Source: a virus
Lineage: Duplodnaviria; Caudoviricetes
Virus record (IMG/VR): IMGVR_UViG_3300003375_000057
Location: 1 to 39,969 of that record
DNA length: 39,969 nucleotides
Reading direction: 5' to 3' (one strand)
This document shows positions 7,482-19,900 of the stretch, piece after piece; positions within the stretch are counted from its first letter, which is position 1, and every line of letters begins with the position of its first letter. The notes beneath the pieces were generated by a model. It saw only the letters and a program-made list of their open reading frames with translations. It ran no database searches and had not been told where the DNA came from. The position numbers and the translations under genes are program-made.

Positions 7482-10400
7482 ATGAGCTCAACGGATCGTC
7501 AAAATAACCTGCTGATCGCCGAAGACTGGCAAAAAATTTATCAATCATTTAAGAATGCTGATTTCCAAAGCTATGACTTTGCAAATTTACGCCGTACAAT
7601 GATTGATTATATTCGCACTAATTATCCTGAAGACTTTAATGATTATATCGAATCTAGTGAATATCTTGCACTTATAGACCTGATAGCTTATGTAGGTCAA
7701 AGTGTAGCTTTTAGGGTTGACTTAAACGCTAGAGAGAATTTTTTAGAGCTGGCTAATCGTCGTGACAGTGTGCTAAGATTAGCTCGAATGATTGGGTATA
7801 ATGCTAGCAGAACAACTGCCGCAAATGGATTACTAAAGTTTAATACTGTACAAACTACTGAATCAGTATTAGACAGTAATGGTAGAAATCTAGCAGGGCA
7901 ATTTATAAGTTGGAATGATGCTAGTAATAGCAACTGGTATAATCAATTTATAACAGTAATAAACGCTGCTTTACCTGCAACAAATCAATTTGGAAATCCA
8001 GTAGATAGTGCTACGATTTATGGTATTCCTACAGCTCAATACCGATTTAATGCTAACAACAACAATGTTCCAATTTATTCTTTTAATAAAACAATTGCCG
8101 GACGCGGAATGAATTTTGAAATTACTAGCACCACATTTGCAAATCAACAATATATTTACGAAGAACCACCGATGGTAGGAAATAAGATTGCTTGTGTGTA
8201 CACGGACGATGGGTATGGAGCAAGTAGTTCAAACACCGGATTCTTCTTTAACTTTACACAAGGCACTTTGTCTCAAGGAACTTTTACTGTTAGTCAGCCT
8301 ACAGCTAATCAAACTATTGATATTAATACACAGAATATTAATAATACCGATGTTTGGTTATATAGTTTAAATCAGAGTACAGGATTAGAGTATCAATTGT
8401 GGACTCAAGTGCCTGCGCTAACAGGAAATAATATTATCTATAATAGTATTAATTCAAAGATTAAAAATATCTATAGTATTATCAGTAGGGCTGGGGATGC
8501 GATTAGTTTAGCATTTAGTGATGGAACATTTGGAAATTTGCCTATAGGAAATTTTAGAGTATACTATAGAGTCAGTAACGGTCTGTCCTATACTGTGAAT
8601 CCTACAGATATCATCAATGTTATTGTAAATATACCTTATATTGGTGCATCGGGATCTCAAGAAACTTTAAGTGTAGGTCTTAACCTTGTCAGCAGCGTAA
8701 CAAATGCTTCTACTACAGAATCTAACAGCAGTGTAAAAACAAATGCTCCTCAGACATACTATACACAAAATCGTATGATTACTGGTGAGGATTATAATAT
8801 TAGTCCACTCAGTGCTAATCTTCAAATAGCTAAGGTAAAATCAATTAATAGAACTAGTAGCGGTATAAGTCGTTATTTTGATCTTACAGATCCTACAGGA
8901 AAATATAGCAGTACTACATTGTTTGCTGATGATGGAATAATTTATCAAGATGAATACACATCGGCTGTAAATTTTACTTATGTAACACAGACTGATATTG
9001 AAGGAGTAATTTATAATACACTGTATGATATATTAACTTCTCCAGATTTGCAAAATTTTTATTATGCAAATTTTATAGATTATATTGGTGTTAGTCTTAA
9101 TGTATCTTGGTATACAGTGACTACTGATAGTAATACTGTAAGTGGTTTTTTAGGCACTACAAGTATTAATACCGTTCCTTATAAAGTTGGTTCTTATACA
9201 ACTAACGATTTAAAATATCTAACAGCAGGTGCTCTGGTAAAATTTGTTGCTCCTAATGGTTATTACTTTAATACTTTAGCATCACCTACTACATTGACTG
9301 CTATTCCATCATCTGGCATTCCAGAAGGAGGAACAGCATATCTGTGGGCTTCTGTTATTAGTGTTAACAATGACGGAACAGGAAATGGATTAGGAGTTGT
9401 AACTATTAATAATGTATCGAGTGGTCCTATAGTTTTAGACAAAGTTATTTCTAACACAACTGTATCAGGATTAATAATTGCACCAATTGTTACACAAATT
9501 ATACCAAAATTTGTAACAACTATTACACCATCAGTTATTACAACAATGATTGATTTAATATTTGCTAATAATAATTTTGGACTACGATATGATGTTATAA
9601 CACAAAGTTGGCAAATTATATTCCCGTCTAATTTAAATTCTACCAGTATTTTTAATCTTGCAAACCAAGGAAGTCAATCAAATTTACAATTAGATTCAAG
9701 TTGGTTAATATTATTTACAACTGATACTGAAACATATACGATTACAACTAGAAAGTTAAGATATATATTTGAAAGCGATAAAGCGGTTACTTTCTATTTT
9801 GATAGTAGTCAAACCATATATGATTCTGTATCATCTGCAACTATAACTGATACAATAAAAATTTTAGGTATTAATAAACAACCAGGATCTACTACACCTT
9901 TTACTCAAGATTTAATTTGGAGAATTTCATCTGAATATTTTGGCCAAGACGGGTATATCGATCCTAAAAAATTAGTGATTACATTTTTAGATTCTAATGG
10001 AACTGGTATAGCAGACAATCCCCAATTGTTTTTAGATATTGTTAATCCTAGTACAAATACCTACATTGTAGAACAACTATACTCGATTTCAGAGGGCCAA
10101 GAAGATTATGAATATGTACAAAATAATCCCCTTACAGGTCCAGTTATTATAGTCGCATCTCAAGCCGCTATCGGTTCTTTATCTAATTATGCGGATGGTA
10201 CATATTTTTATACGATTGATACTGATACAGTATTTCAATTAAATTTATCTTTGGGACAATTGTTACCTAGTCTAAATTATAAAGTTTATACTGGAAGGAG
10301 TGATTTAAAATTTCAATACAATCATAGTGCAGACTATGATTCTAGAATTGATCCAGGATCTAGCAATATAATTGACATTTATGTGCTTACAACAGCTTAC

Positions 10401-10979
10401 GACACTGCATTTAGAACTTGGGTAGTGGCAGGTGGAACTGAACCTTTACCTCCTAGTAGTGACGAATTGTATACACTGTTAGCTCCTAATTTAAATCTTA
10501 TTAAGTCTATAAGTGATGAAATAATATATCATCCAGTCAATTATACTTTATTGTTTGGTAAACAATCTACTCCTGAATTGCAAGCTACTTTTAATGTGAT
10601 GATTAATCCCAATAGTTCTGTATCATCTGCCGATGTCCAAGCAAGAATTTTAACGGCCATCAACAACTTTTTTGCATTAGAAAATTGGAATTTTGGAGAT
10701 ACATTTTATTTTACAGAATTAAGCACGTATGTGATGAATCAGCTAGCTCCAGATATTATTAATTTTGCAATCGTGCCTACACAACCAGGTTTGTATTTTG
10801 GTAGTTTATTTGAAATTCAATGTCCGGGCGATAGTATCTTAATAAGTTGTGCAACAGCTAGCGATATTGTAATAGTTAACGGATTTACTAGTAGTAATTT
10901 AAAAACTATAACTACAACAGTTAATAGTATTACTACTAACCAAATTATAAGTAGTGCTGTCTTTGGAGGTAATGCCTAA
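7482..10979 (+). CDS. gp6: Baseplate wedge protein, gp6-like (extended, 1165 aa)
   Basis: FNDYIESSE..ALIDLIAY, ENFLELA.RRDSVLRLA..IGY, FSDGTFG..P and QNRMITGEDY are gp6/baseplate J-type motifs; follows the gp25-like gene. Confidence 0.85.
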   Translation: MSSTDRQNNLLIAEDWQKIYQSFKNADFQSYDFANLRRTMIDYIRTNYPEDFNDYIESSEYLALIDLIAYVGQSVAFRVDLNARENFLELANRRDSVLRLARMIGYNASRTTAANGLLKFNTVQTTESVLDSNGRNLAGQFISWNDASNSNWYNQFITVINAALPATNQFGNPVDSATIYGIPTAQYRFNANNNNVPIYSFNKTIAGRGMNFEITSTTFANQQYIYEEPPMVGNKIACVYTDDGYGASSSNTGFFFNFTQGTLSQGTFTVSQPTANQTIDINTQNINNTDVWLYSLNQSTGLEYQLWTQVPALTGNNIIYNSINSKIKNIYSIISRAGDAISLAFSDGTFGNLPIGNFRVYYRVSNGLSYTVNPTDIINVIVNIPYIGASGSQETLSVGLNLVSSVTNASTTESNSSVKTNAPQTYYTQNRMITGEDYNISPLSANLQIAKVKSINRTSSGISRYFDLTDPTGKYSSTTLFADDGIIYQDEYTSAVNFTYVTQTDIEGVIYNTLYDILTSPDLQNFYYANFIDYIGVSLNVSWYTVTTDSNTVSGFLGTTSINTVPYKVGSYTTNDLKYLTAGALVKFVAPNGYYFNTLASPTTLTAIPSSGIPEGGTAYLWASVISVNNDGTGNGLGVVTINNVSSGPIVLDKVISNTTVSGLIIAPIVTQIIPKFVTTITPSVITTMIDLIFANNNFGLRYDVITQSWQIIFPSNLNSTSIFNLANQGSQSNLQLDSSWLILFTTDTETYTITTRKLRYIFESDKAVTFYFDSSQTIYDSVSSATITDTIKILGINKQPGSTTPFTQDLIWRISSEYFGQDGYIDPKKLVITFLDSNGTGIADNPQLFLDIVNPSTNTYIVEQLYSISEGQEDYEYVQNNPLTGPVIIVASQAAIGSLSNYADGTYFYTIDTDTVFQLNLSLGQLLPSLNYKVYTGRSDLKFQYNHSADYDSRIDPGSSNIIDIYVLTTAYDTAFRTWVVAGGTEPLPPSSDELYTLLAPNLNLIKSISDEIIYHPVNYTLLFGKQSTPELQATFNVMINPNSSVSSADVQARILTAINNFFALENWNFGDTFYFTELSTYVMNQLAPDIINFAIVPTQPGLYFGSLFEIQCPGDSILISCATASDIVIVNGFTSSNLKTITTTVNSITTNQIISSAVFGGNA

Positions 10980-13900
10980 TGGCAAATAGCAATAACACAA
11001 GCCTTAGTGCAAGTCTTTTACCAAATTTTTATCAAACTCTTGCAAATAAAAAGTTTTTACAATCAACAATAGATCAACTGTTCCAACCGGGTACGCTTAC
11101 AAAAATTAGCGGATACATTGGAAGAGAAAATGCAAAAGCGTCAACTGGAGCAGATGTATACATAAATGCTGCTGATAAAGTAAGACAAAACTATCAATTA
11201 GAACCGGGTATTACAATTACCGATTCTATCGGTAATATCACTTTTTATAAAGACTATATTGATTATGTAAATCAAATTGGCGTGTTCGGCGGCAATACTA
11301 GCAACCATTCTCGATTAAATGCCGAAGAATTTTATTCTTGGGATCCGCACATTGACTGGGATAAGTTTGTTAACTTTCAAAATTACTATTGGTTGCCGTA
11401 CGGACCTGATGCTATAACAGTTTATGGCAACCAACAACTTGTTGATAGCGTTTATAGTGTGAAACTGCAGTCTGACGGGTCAAACAATCAATATAATATC
11501 ACCCCAGACGGATTCACACCTAATCCAATATTAAAATTATATAGGGGTCAAACTTATACTTTCAATATTACTAGCCCGGGAAATCCTTTTAGTATTATGA
11601 GTAACCGGACAACTGGGATTCTTTCTAGATACATAACAACTGGAATTGATAGTTATGGAGTTACATCTGGAACAATGACATTTACTGTTCCACTTAATGC
11701 TCCTAGTGTTCTTTATTATCAAAGTGAATCTGATATAAATCTTGGCGGCGTTATTGAAATTTTTAATATAACCAATGATACTGTCATCAATGTTGAAACA
11801 GATATTTTAGGAAAACAATCTGTTACTTTGCCTAATGGTATTAAGTTAAGTAATGGAATGAAATTACAATTTGGCGGAACAGTTATTCCAACAAGCTATG
11901 CCACAGGTCAATATTATGTTGAAGGAGTGGGCAACGCAATTAAATTAATTAATTCAAAAATTCTTGAAATAATTAGCCCTTATACAACAGAGCAATCTGT
12001 TCAGTTTGATGAGTTACCTTGGGATTCTGAACCTTTTGATGACGCTGCAGGTTATGCCGGATCTCCAGATTATATCACTATTAATAGATCTAGCAGGGAT
12101 CATAATTCATGGTCAAGGTATAATCGTTGGTTTCATAAAGATGTGATTAATACTAGTGCAACATACAACAATGATGTAGTAAGTTTAGATCAAACAACTA
12201 GAGCTACTCGACCAATTATAGAATTTAATGCAGATCTAAAATTATTTAACTTAGGAACTACCGCAATTGTTGATGTTGATTTGATTGATACATATACCAA
12301 TGATGCATTTTCAATAATTGAAGGAAGTGCAGGGTATAATGTAGATGGTATAGATCTAGCTCCAGGGATGCTAATAATATTTACAGCAGATCTAGATCCG
12401 TTAGTGCAAAATAATATCTATCGTGTAGAATATGTAGATGTCAAACATTTGTCTAGCGGCAGTAATCAATTGCACTTAGTAAAAGTATCAACACCTTTAA
12501 TAAATCAAGTAACTTTAGTAAAACAAGGCGTTGACAATCAAAGCAAAATGTTCTGGTATGATGGCACATCTTGGATTGAAGGGCAACAAAAAACAGGAAT
12601 TAATCAAGCGCCATTATTTGATGTAGTAGATAGTAACGGGATAAGTTTTGGAGATAAAACTAATTATACTGGTAGCACTTTCTTCGGTACTAAACTATTT
12701 TCTTATGCAATAGGATCGGGTGTATCAGACTTGGTACTAGGTTTTCCGTTAACATATCAAAATGTAAACAATATAGGAGATATTGTTTTTAATTTTAATC
12801 TTAACACCGATACATTTAGTTATAAAAAATCAGCAATTGTTGAGTCACAAACTATAGATGTAGGATTTTTATCTAGTTTAGATTATGCAGGAAATACAGT
12901 ATATTTAAATGGATGGCAAACTAGCGAGATTGAAAAATCTCAAGCTGCTGTAAGAATTTATAAAAATTCAGGCCTGGCAAACAATTTTCCAATTGACATT
13001 TTTGATAGTATTTCTAATTTATCTGATTTAATTGTAAAGATTTATGTAAATGGTGTAAGATTAAACTCTAATTTGTGGCAATTAATCACAAAACCTGATT
13101 ATTATCAAGTCAAATTAAACAACGATATTACCACAACGGATGTACTAACTATAAGGGCATTTAGTGCACAGCCTATTAATGCCAATGGTTATTATGAAAT
13201 ACCTTTGAACTTGCAAAATAATCCATTAAATGATACAATATCTAATTTTACTTTAGGCGAAGTGACAGACCATGTAACCAGCATTGTAGATAATTTATCA
13301 ACTTTTTCTGGATCATTTCCAGGAGACGGAAATTTAAGAGATTTAGGTAATATTGCGCCTTTTGGTAGTAAATTTGTACAGCATAGTGGTCCTTTAAGTT
13401 TAGGAATTTATCATATAACATCAGAAACAAATAATGTTATTAAAGCAATAGAACAATCTCGAACAGATTATAACAGTTTTAAACAAAATTTTATTAATAT
13501 TGCAAATTCTCTAGGGACTGATAGTGATACAGTTAATACTGTTAACGCTATATTATCTAAGATTAATGCGAATAAACCTAATGTAGCTCCATATTATCTT
13601 AGTGATATGGTTCCGTATGGTGCATGTACTATAACCAATCTAGCAGTAGTAGATTATAGAATTAAAAATTATCCTTTAACCAATGCATTTACATTAGATG
13701 TATTGAGTAATCAAGCTGTTGGGATATACCATAACGGAATTCAATTAATTTATGGTCAAGATTATACATTTAACAGTCAAGGCTTTGTAGTAATATCAGA
13801 TTCTGTATCTTTGACAAACGGTGATACTATTAGCACATATGAATACGAGAGTACAGATGGTTGTTTTGTTCCTGCAACGCCTAGTAAATTAGGTATGTGG

Positions 13901-16900
13901 CCGGCATTTACTCCAAAAATTTATTTAGATACTACACTGGTCAATCCAGTTAATGTGATACAAGGTCACGATGGTAGTATTATTGCTGCTTATAATGATT
14001 ATAGAGATAATTTGATTTTAGAATTAGAAAAAAGAATTTTTAACAATATTAAAGTAAAGTACAACACTGATATTTTTGATATTGCAAAAATAATTCCTAG
14101 CTATAATAGAACTAATAACTATTCTAGAGATGAATTTAATCAAGTATTAGCGCCTAATTTTTATTCTTGGACCGGTCTAGTAGGTAAAGATCTTACAACA
14201 CCTTTGATTTATGATAGAAGTAACAGTTTTACTTTTAATTATTCTAAAAGTGCAGCCCCTGATAATACATCTTTACCTGCATATTGGAGAGGAATTTATC
14301 GTTATATATTAGATACTGATCGGCCAAATTTATGTCCATGGGAAATGCTTGGGTTTAATCAACAACCTAGTTGGTGGTCAAAAGTCTACGGTCCTGCTCC
14401 ATATACAAGTGATAATCTAATCATGTGGCAAGATATTACTGATGGTATGATTAGAGAACCAGGCGTTCCTGCGGTATATACATCAGAATATGCTAAACCT
14501 TTCTTGATGCATCATATACCAGTTGACGAATCTGGTAATTTAATTAGCCCGCTGGACTCTGGTCTAGCCGGAGGAACTTACCAGCCAAATGTTGATAATA
14601 ATTTTGTATTTGGAGATGGAAGTCCTGTTGAAACAGCATGGACAAGAAGCAGTTACTATCCATTTAGTGTAATTGCAACTAGCTTAATTTTAGCTCCAGG
14701 ACAGACATTTGGAGTGTTGCTAGATAGAAGTCGTATAACAAGAAATATTGCAGGACAGCTAGTATATTCGGCCACTGGACTGAGAATAAGACCAAAAGAT
14801 ATTCTTTTACCTAGCACATTTTCTAGCGCATCGAGAGTACAAACTGCTGGCTTAGTAAATTATATTGTAGATTTGATTTTTAATTATATTTTTAGTAATA
14901 ATGTTTCTGGGTATAACTCTTATAGTAATGACTTATCCGCGATGAATATACAGTTAGCTTATAGGGTAGGTTCATTTACTAATCAATCTCAATTTAATTT
15001 ATTGTTAGAATCTAAAACTCCTTCGAGTACCGGTAATGTTTTTGTTCCAACAGACAATTATAAAGTATTTTTAAACAAATCTTCTAGTGTCCAAAAATTA
15101 GTTTATAGTGGAGTTATTGTTACAAAATTATCTGGCGGTACTTTTGAAGTAAAAGGTTATAGTAGAACTCAACCTTATTTTAAATATTATCAGTATATAG
15201 GCAAAGGAAATTCAACTACTATAGGCGGCATTTCTGAAAATTATACAGTTTATACACCTGGCCAAACTTATGTTGTAGGATCGATTATACAGAGCGAAGG
15301 ACAATATTATAGAGCCAAAGTAACTACTTCTGAAAGTCCTTTCAATCCAACTCTTTTTGCAAAATTACCAGCACTGCCAATATTAGGCGGAGTGTCGGTA
15401 TATCTAAGAACAAAATGGGATAGATCGGCAACATTAATAGCTCCTTACGGATCAGTGTTTACTTCAGTACAGTCGGTTGTAGATTTTTTAGAAGGATATG
15501 GCGAATATCTAAAAGATCAAGGATTTGAATTTGACAATTACAATACCAATTATGCTGCAGTAGCTAATTGGGACACTAGTGTCAATGAATTTTTGTTCTG
15601 GACAACTCAAAATTGGTCAACAGGTCAAGATAAATGGAGTGACTGGACTCCTACTCAGTCTTATAATTATGGAACAATTGTTAGATATAATGGCGATTAT
15701 TACAGTGCTTTATACAATATTGCAATTGCAGACGAATTTGATTCTGAGAAATGGAAATTATTGCCTGGTTTGAGTAATATAGGAGCCAGCGTAATTAGTC
15801 TAAGTCCTAGTGCTTCTGGAGTAAATTTTGTAACTAATTTAACAGTTGTTGATGATGTTTCAAATCCATTTAACCCTTATGAAATTTTTAAGGTTGATGG
15901 CACTCCTTTCGAAATACAAAATTTAGATAGTTATCGTCAGGGCAATACAGTTGCATATATTCCTAAAATTTCAAATGGAATTTACGGAGCAAGTTTTTAC
16001 CTAGTACAAAACGAACATGTAATTGTTTTATCTAACACTACAATTTTCAATGATATTATATATAATCCTACAAGCGGATATAGAAGAGAACGATTAAAAG
16101 TATCGGGATATATTACTACCAATTGGTATGGAGGATTAGATATTCCAGGATTCTTATACGATGCTGCAAAAGTTAATATATGGCAACCGTGGCAAGATTA
16201 TAATGTGGGTGATATAGTAAAATATGGATCTTCTTATTATCAAGCCGATCCTATATCTGGTAATTTAATACCAGGAGCGTTAATATTTGATAAAACACAA
16301 TGGTCAGAATTAGCATCTAAACCTAACGATCAGATATTGACAAATTGGACAAATATTGCTACGCAATTTACAGATTTTTACAGCACTGAAGTTGATAATT
16401 TTAATAGTAGTCAACAAGCGTTGGCTCAACATTTAATTGGTTATCAAAAACGACAATATCTTAACAATATTATACAAGACGATGTAAGTGAATTTAAATT
16501 TTATCAAGGCATGATTCGTGAAAAAGGAACACAAAATGTATTGAACAAATTATTCAATGTATTGAGTTCAGACAATGCAGAAAGTTTAACATTCTATGAG
16601 GAATGGGCGGTGCGTGTCGGACAATACGGAGCAACTACAGCATTTGATAATATAGAATTTATATTAAATCAAGATTTATTTAAAGTTAATCCTCAGTCTA
16701 CAGTTTTAGTTAATAAAAAAGATTCTTCTATCAGTCCTTTTATTATTCAACAAACTCCAAACGATATATATGTTGCCCCACTTGGCTATAACAGTAATCC
16801 TTTTTTACCTGTCTCAACTACTAATCAATTTTTAAGAAGCGCAGGTTATGTTGATTCTAACGACATTACACTAAGTGTTAAAACATTAGATTGGCTATCT

Positions 16901-19900
16901 TCACAGCCAGCAACAAATATAACTATTGGAATTACCTATGTTATTTTAACAATCGGGAGCACAGATTTTACTCAAGCAGGTGCTGCAAGTAATACACAAG
17001 GCCTAAGTTTTACAGCAACTAGTATACCAACTGGTACAGGTACTGTTGCTGTTGATATAACTAAACTGAGAGAAGGTTCATATATTTGGTCGGCTTTTGA
17101 TAATTACACTGGTTGGAATGTTTATAGGTTTACTGATATAAAAATTAGATTTAAATCTATCAGCATATCTAATGGAGTATTGACAATAACTACCCAAGAC
17201 CCGGTAACATTTAATCCAGGATTTTATATTGGGTTATCGCAATTCAGTTACATAAACGGTTTTTATCAAGTACAATCTGTTAATTTGAATTCTTTTACAG
17301 TTAACACTTCTTTGTTAAGTCTGGCTATTCAACCGATTAATTTAATAATCTACGGACTAATTAGTCAAAGAATTAATTCGTTAGATTCGATTAGTAATGT
17401 TCTTTCTTTTAATTTAAAAAACGGAGACTATATCTGGACTGATGACAGCGGTAATGGAACGCCTGCTTCATGGATTTATAATTCTGTATATAAGCAATCA
17501 GTACAAAACAATCCTTTAAAAACTGATTATTTACTATACGGGAAAGTTATAGCTACCGGCAGTAAGTATAATATAGCGGCTACAGGCATGTCAACTGGGC
17601 AAATCATAACATATGATAAAGTAGGATCATCGGTCGATTGGATTCAAAGACAACTAATACCAGTTCCATTTATAGCCAAGAGTTCTGCAAATGCAGTAAA
17701 CACTATATCAACAGTATTGGCCATTAGTCCAGATGGCACTTGGCTTGCAGCAGGCTCCCCGGGAGTGGGATATGCATCTACAAATTATGTAGGAGTTTAT
17801 TCACCTTTGACTGCCTATTTGATTAATCAAGTAGTTTATTATGAAAATAATTTCTATTCAGCGATATTAAATGTTCCAACGGCTGCTTATCCTGATATAA
17901 ATTCTGCCTATTGGATACAAATTCCTTATCTATCAGTAACCCAAACAGGAACAAATATTGCTGCCTCTGGTGTTATAACATTATACCAAAAAGATGCGAA
18001 TAATACTTATAATTTAGTTGACACCATTCTCAGTCCGTCTGTCGGAATCTCTGCAGCTGTAACAGAATTATTTGGATCTAGTTTAGCCTTTGATAGCAAT
18101 AATAATTTATATATTGGAGCTATTGGTTATAATAGCTCTCAAGGAAAAATTTATTCTTTAAGTTATACTTCTAGTACTCCTGTTACAACTTATTATGATA
18201 GTGTTGGCAGTTCAGGAACAGTTTTAAATGTCAGTTCTACAGCTGGCATTGTCAGCGGGATGACTGTCGCAGGTACAGGATTTACAAAAAATCAACCCGT
18301 TGCATCTGTGCTTACAAAAGTAACTTTTCAAACTGCTACAAATACTCCTAACTATATAGTAAATTCTCAAGGATTACCTGTTAGTTTATTAAGTATTACT
18401 CCAGGACTAGTAGTAAATGGTACAAATGTTTTAGCAAACACTTACATTTATTCAGTAGGTGTAAATCCAATTATTATCAATATAACTTCGGTTGTTCCTA
18501 GTAGCCCAAGTGTAGGGTATGTTACTTTAAACTTTGATAAAATTCCTAATTTACCTATTTTACCTCAAGATACAATTACTGTAACAAATGTATCTGAAGC
18601 TGGTTATAACGGTAATTACACAGTTGTATCAGTAAGCAATACGCATATAACATACGCCAACACTACAACTACATCAGCTACAGATAATACCGGTACTATT
18701 CAATCAAATATTAATTACGCATTAATTGCATCAGCTAAAGATGCTGTTTCAACAATATCTACAATATTTTTAAATGTAGAAATAACTGGAGTTAATTATG
18801 CAAGTCCAGGAGAAGGACTAGTTACCTTAACATTTGCAGAATTACCTAGCACTCCTTTTGCTTCGGGATCGACTATTACAGTTTCAGGTATATCTGTGTC
18901 TGGATATAATGGAACTTATGAAGTGGTTGCAGGTACTACTACATCAGTAACATATTACAATAGTACTATAATAGCTTCAGCAACTAGCGGAACGATCACC
19001 AATCCATTATTACAATTCAATGTAAGATCAGTTGCTAGTGCAGGAACAATAATTTTATCAGGAACTCCTGATTCTACTCCAAATGGTTTACTGATGTTTT
19101 CTACTACAAATTGGAGATATAGCTCATTAATTACTAACCCTAGTTTGTCGCCTAACAGTTATTTTGGAAAACAACTAGTTGTTAGTTATGATGGAAACAC
19201 ACTACTAACATCTTCTAACAATAATCCAACTTTGTTAACTAACAGCGTATATGTTTATAAAAATGAAGGTTCGGGACTAACAGTTAATAGTATTATTCCA
19301 GTAGCTAACAGTTCATTTGAGAATAGTATAACGGTTTCAGATTCAGGTACTTTTATTGCTATTAGTAGTTTTAGCATATCTAATCTTGGTTTAGTGAGTC
19401 AACAAGTTACTAATATTTCACAAGTAGTGATATATCAATACAATGATTTAAATTCTGAATACACTAGCTATCAAACTATAACTGAACCTATAGTTAATTC
19501 AAATTTTGGTGATAAGTTGTCATTTATGAATGACAGTAATACGCTGGTAATTTACAGCCAGACTGGCACTACATCGATACAAACTACTATAGATTTAGAT
19601 CAAACAACTTTTGATGAACGATCTACACTGTTTACTTCTACTGATATAAACGGAGGTAGAATTGACATTTATGACAATTATAATACTCAATGGGTGTTTA
19701 GTGAAACACTAAACAATATAGAACAAACACAAGATGGTTATGGAATGGGAATGGCAGTTGGGCCTAACAATATATTTGTAGGATCTCCATACTATAGCGG
19801 TAGTAGCTCATTAACTGGTCAGTTGTATACCTATACAAAATCCCCCAATTTATTAAGCTGGACAATTTATCGAACACAAGTATCGCAAGTAGATATTAAA

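Noticed and set aside
930-10979. Bacterial T6SS/eCIS or tailocin locus
   Set aside because: The gp55-like sigma, TAAATA late promoters, thyX and giant wedge proteins point to a lytic jumbo myovirus.
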